Positions 14,326-16,419 of a stretch of 16,419 bases of DNA are shown piece after piece. Source of the DNA: Candidatus Hydrogenedentota bacterium. GTDB lineage: Bacteria > Hydrogenedentota > Hydrogenedentia > Hydrogenedentales > GCA-2746185. Position 1 is the first letter of the stretch; each line of letters opens with the position of its first letter. The notes under the pieces were generated by a model. That model was not told the origin of the DNA. It worked only from the letters and a program-made list of their open reading frames with translations, and did not search any database. The DNA lies in assembly GCA_046583315.1 (NCBI GenBank), contig JAYGCN010000188.1, positions 1-16,419 on the forward strand, given 5' to 3'. The translations under genes were made by a program, and so were the position numbers.

Positions 14326-15096
14326 GTGATTTCATGTCGCGTGACACTAAACGAGTTACCCGTCGCCGTCGCTGAGGAAGTATTGTGCGTCGATGAAGTC
14401 AGTGAGGACACCGCTCACTGGACCCTGCTCAGCGCCGGCGCGACAAGTCGTTGCTTCAAATTCACACCGAAGTCACACCAAACCTCCTGGTTCGTTCGCT
14501 GGGGATTCGATTACTCGTGGTCGCAGGTTAGCCAAACCCTGTTCGGACGCGACGATGCCACCAAAGACTGGCGCAATGTGGGCCACGCCGAACGGTGTCG
14601 TGTCCCGGTCGTCCGCTATCGTTTCCTGGGAACGCCGCGGCTCATTACCGCCTCGCTCGATACCCTTCTAGTCACCGAGTTTATCGAAAACGCACGATCC
14701 CTGTTCACGTTCTTTGCCGATGAATCCTCCAACCAACTTTTAGTTGAGGAAACGTTGATACAACTTGGCGAATTGTTGGCGAGCATGCACGCGAACGCCA
14801 TTGTGCACAACAATTTTCGACTGCACAATACGCTGATTCAATACGACGACGCGACGCGCCTCATTCCGACGGACTGGTATGACATGCAGGTGAATCGCTC
14901 GGATGAGACGGCCCCGTTCAAGAAAGACCTCATCAGTCCCCTGCGCGATCTCATTACGATAGGATATTCGCGTGATCGCATCCAGTCATTCCTCAACGCC
15001 TACGCCAGTAAAATGACCTGGGCCAACGACCAAATCGAAGATCTCTTTGTGCAAGCCGAAAGCGCTGCCGCCCGAGATCAACAGGACGCGTCGTAG
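14326..15096 (+). CDS. Lipopolysaccharide kinase (Kdo/WaaP/InaA)-like protein, probable pseudokinase
   Basis: Motifs ATKDWRN..RVPVV, LLVTEFIENARSL, LGELLASMHANAIVHNNFRLHNTL, LIPTDW and KDL..FLNAY follow the Kdo/WaaP family layout. The start codon is uncertain. Confidence 0.75.
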   Translation: MISCRVTLNELPVAVAEEVLCVDEVSEDTAHWTLLSAGATSRCFKFTPKSHQTSWFVRWGFDYSWSQVSQTLFGRDDATKDWRNVGHAERCRVPVVRYRFLGTPRLITASLDTLLVTEFIENARSLFTFFADESSNQLLVEETLIQLGELLASMHANAIVHNNFRLHNTLIQYDDATRLIPTDWYDMQVNRSDETAPFKKDLISPLRDLITIGYSRDRIQSFLNAYASKMTWANDQIEDLFVQAESAAARDQQDAS

Positions 15097-15098
15097 GT

Positions 15099-15128
15099 TT
15101 GCACACCGCCCTGACCGCGTGATAGGCT
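15099..15128 (+). promoter_or_regulatory. Possible extended -10 promoter for the MFS gene
   Basis: TTGCAC (15099-15104), 18 bp, TAGGCT (15123-15128) preceded by TG at 15120-15121. Confidence 0.35.
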
Positions 15129-15162
15129 CGATTCCATTGCGATCACCGACTCAAGGAGCCTC

Positions 15163-16419
15163 ATGAAAATATTCCGCGGATGGAAAATCGTAGCAGTCGC
15201 TTTCGTCTGCTACGGTTTCGGTATTTCTCCAGCGTATTATAGCTGGGGATTCTATTTCCCAGAACTGAGCGTCGAACTTGGATACACCAAGGCCGACCTG
15301 GGTCTCGTATTCGGCCTGTTCACGTTCCTCTACAGCGCCGTAGGCCCTATCGTAGGCTTCCTGCAGAACCGAATCGGCATACGCACCGTCATGACCCTCG
15401 GCTCCTTCCTTGCCGCAATCGGCTTCATCATCGTAAGTCGCGCCGACACCAAAGCGGAGTTTCTCATTGGTTTTTCAGTATTCGGTGGATGCGGTATCGG
15501 CCTCTCGACCATCATTCCGACCCAGACGCTCGGACAAAATTGGTTTCTGAAACGACGCGCACTCGCCATTGCCATCATCATGTGTGCCGGCGGAATCGTG
15601 GGCAAAATCGTTCCAATGGTTGACGCATGGGTTATCGAAAACTTTGACGGTACCTGGCGAACAGGGTGGGTCATCATTGCCTGTGTCAGCGTTGTGGTAG
15701 GCTTACTTGCCGCAGCCTTTGTTCGCGACACGCCCGAACAATTGGGGCTCAATCGGGACGGGGCAGCAACACCAGCACCATCCAAGGAAACAACGCAGGT
15801 TCCCATTGAAGAAGAGGTGTCCTGGACAGCCAGACAAGCGGTGGCCACGCGCCAGTTTTTTCTGATCACCATTGCGGGAGTCGCATACGCGACACCCTGG
15901 GGTGTCGTCGTGGCGCACGGTCGCACGCATCTCTCCGAACTCGGATTCGAGCTAAAAGACATAGCCGCGCTGATGGGTTCTCTGGCTCTGGTGAGCATCC
16001 TCGGTCGTGTCACCGGAATTCTAGGTGACCGATTGAATCCTCGTTACGTTATCATCGTGGGTCTGGCCCTCGAAGGTATCGGCGCCGCGGGGTTTTACTT
16101 CGTGGACAGCAAGGCGTTTGCGTCCCTCTGTTTATTACTTCTCGGCATAGGCTTCGGCGCAACCTACATCTGCATTCCGGTCATTTTCTCCGAATACTTC
16201 GGCCGAAAAGCCTTCGGTACCACTGCGGGAACGCGTATGCTGATTACGGGTGTCTTCAACGGATTGGGTCCCTTCGTGACAGGACTCATCGCAGACAAGA
16301 CCGGCTCCTATTTTATTCCTTTCATGGCACTGGCTGTACTTTGCTTTATCGGTTCGTTCGCGGCGGCTGTCTGCACCGATCCCGGACCGCCTCCCGGATC
16401 CAAATCTGAACCGGAACCC
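15163..16419 (+). CDS. MFS transporter (OFA/monocarboxylate-porter-like), 3'-truncated by the window edge; not in the ORF track
   Basis: SD AAGGAG at 15153-15158, ATG at 15163, frame open to the window end. MKIFRGWKIVAVAF..., motif A variants GFLQNRIGIR and GILGDRLNPR, NWFLKRRALA, SEYFGRKAFG, GLIADKTGSY; about 12 hydrophobic segments. Confidence 0.92.
   Translation, partial: MKIFRGWKIVAVAFVCYGFGISPAYYSWGFYFPELSVELGYTKADLGLVFGLFTFLYSAVGPIVGFLQNRIGIRTVMTLGSFLAAIGFIIVSRADTKAEFLIGFSVFGGCGIGLSTIIPTQTLGQNWFLKRRALAIAIIMCAGGIVGKIVPMVDAWVIENFDGTWRTGWVIIACVSVVVGLLAAAFVRDTPEQLGLNRDGAATPAPSKETTQVPIEEEVSWTARQAVATRQFFLITIAGVAYATPWGVVVAHGRTHLSELGFELKDIAALMGSLALVSILGRVTGILGDRLNPRYVIIVGLALEGIGAAGFYFVDSKAFASLCLLLLGIGFGATYICIPVIFSEYFGRKAFGTTAGTRMLITGVFNGLGPFVTGLIADKTGSYFIPFMALAVLCFIGSFAAAVCTDPGPPPGSKSEPEP

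Noticed and set aside
15330..16013. 227-aa minus-strand ORF
   Set aside because: Antisense shadow of the + strand MFS transporter.
1..16419. CRISPR array, IS or prophage elements, CsrB-like multi-GGA sRNA, toxin-antitoxin reading of the PIN gene
   Set aside because: No repeat-spacer array, transposase, integrase or long GGA hairpin series was seen. The PIN protein is the membrane-bound YacL type with no adjacent antitoxin.

Overview
Chromosomal bacterial window with mostly housekeeping genes and no mobile elements, CRISPR arrays, rRNA or tRNA genes. On the + strand it opens with a 5'-truncated hypothetical protein with a degenerate kinase-like layout and a secreted EEP-family nuclease/phosphatase. 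A roughly 660-bp apparently intergenic stretch follows. It hides an unannotated 45-aa acidic CxxC-x22-HxxC microprotein with its own promoter, strong SD and terminator, followed by a structured leader. Next come accA, DUF167, a purine nucleoside phosphorylase (Asn-to-Asp variant), yacL-like PIN/TRAM, ispD, ispF, tlyA and recN. A convergent minus-strand operon carries fliW, csrA and a hypothetical gene. Back on the + strand are lutC, a lutB::CCG-domain fusion, apaG, an FmdB-like protein lacking its zinc-binding cysteines, an LPS-kinase-family probable pseudokinase, and a 3'-truncated MFS transporter missing from the ORF track. The best leads are the zinc-finger microprotein unit, the fliW-csrA-ORF3 module detached from flagellar genes, and two kinase-fold proteins lacking catalytic residues. 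All family calls are from motif recognition by eye; no searches were run.
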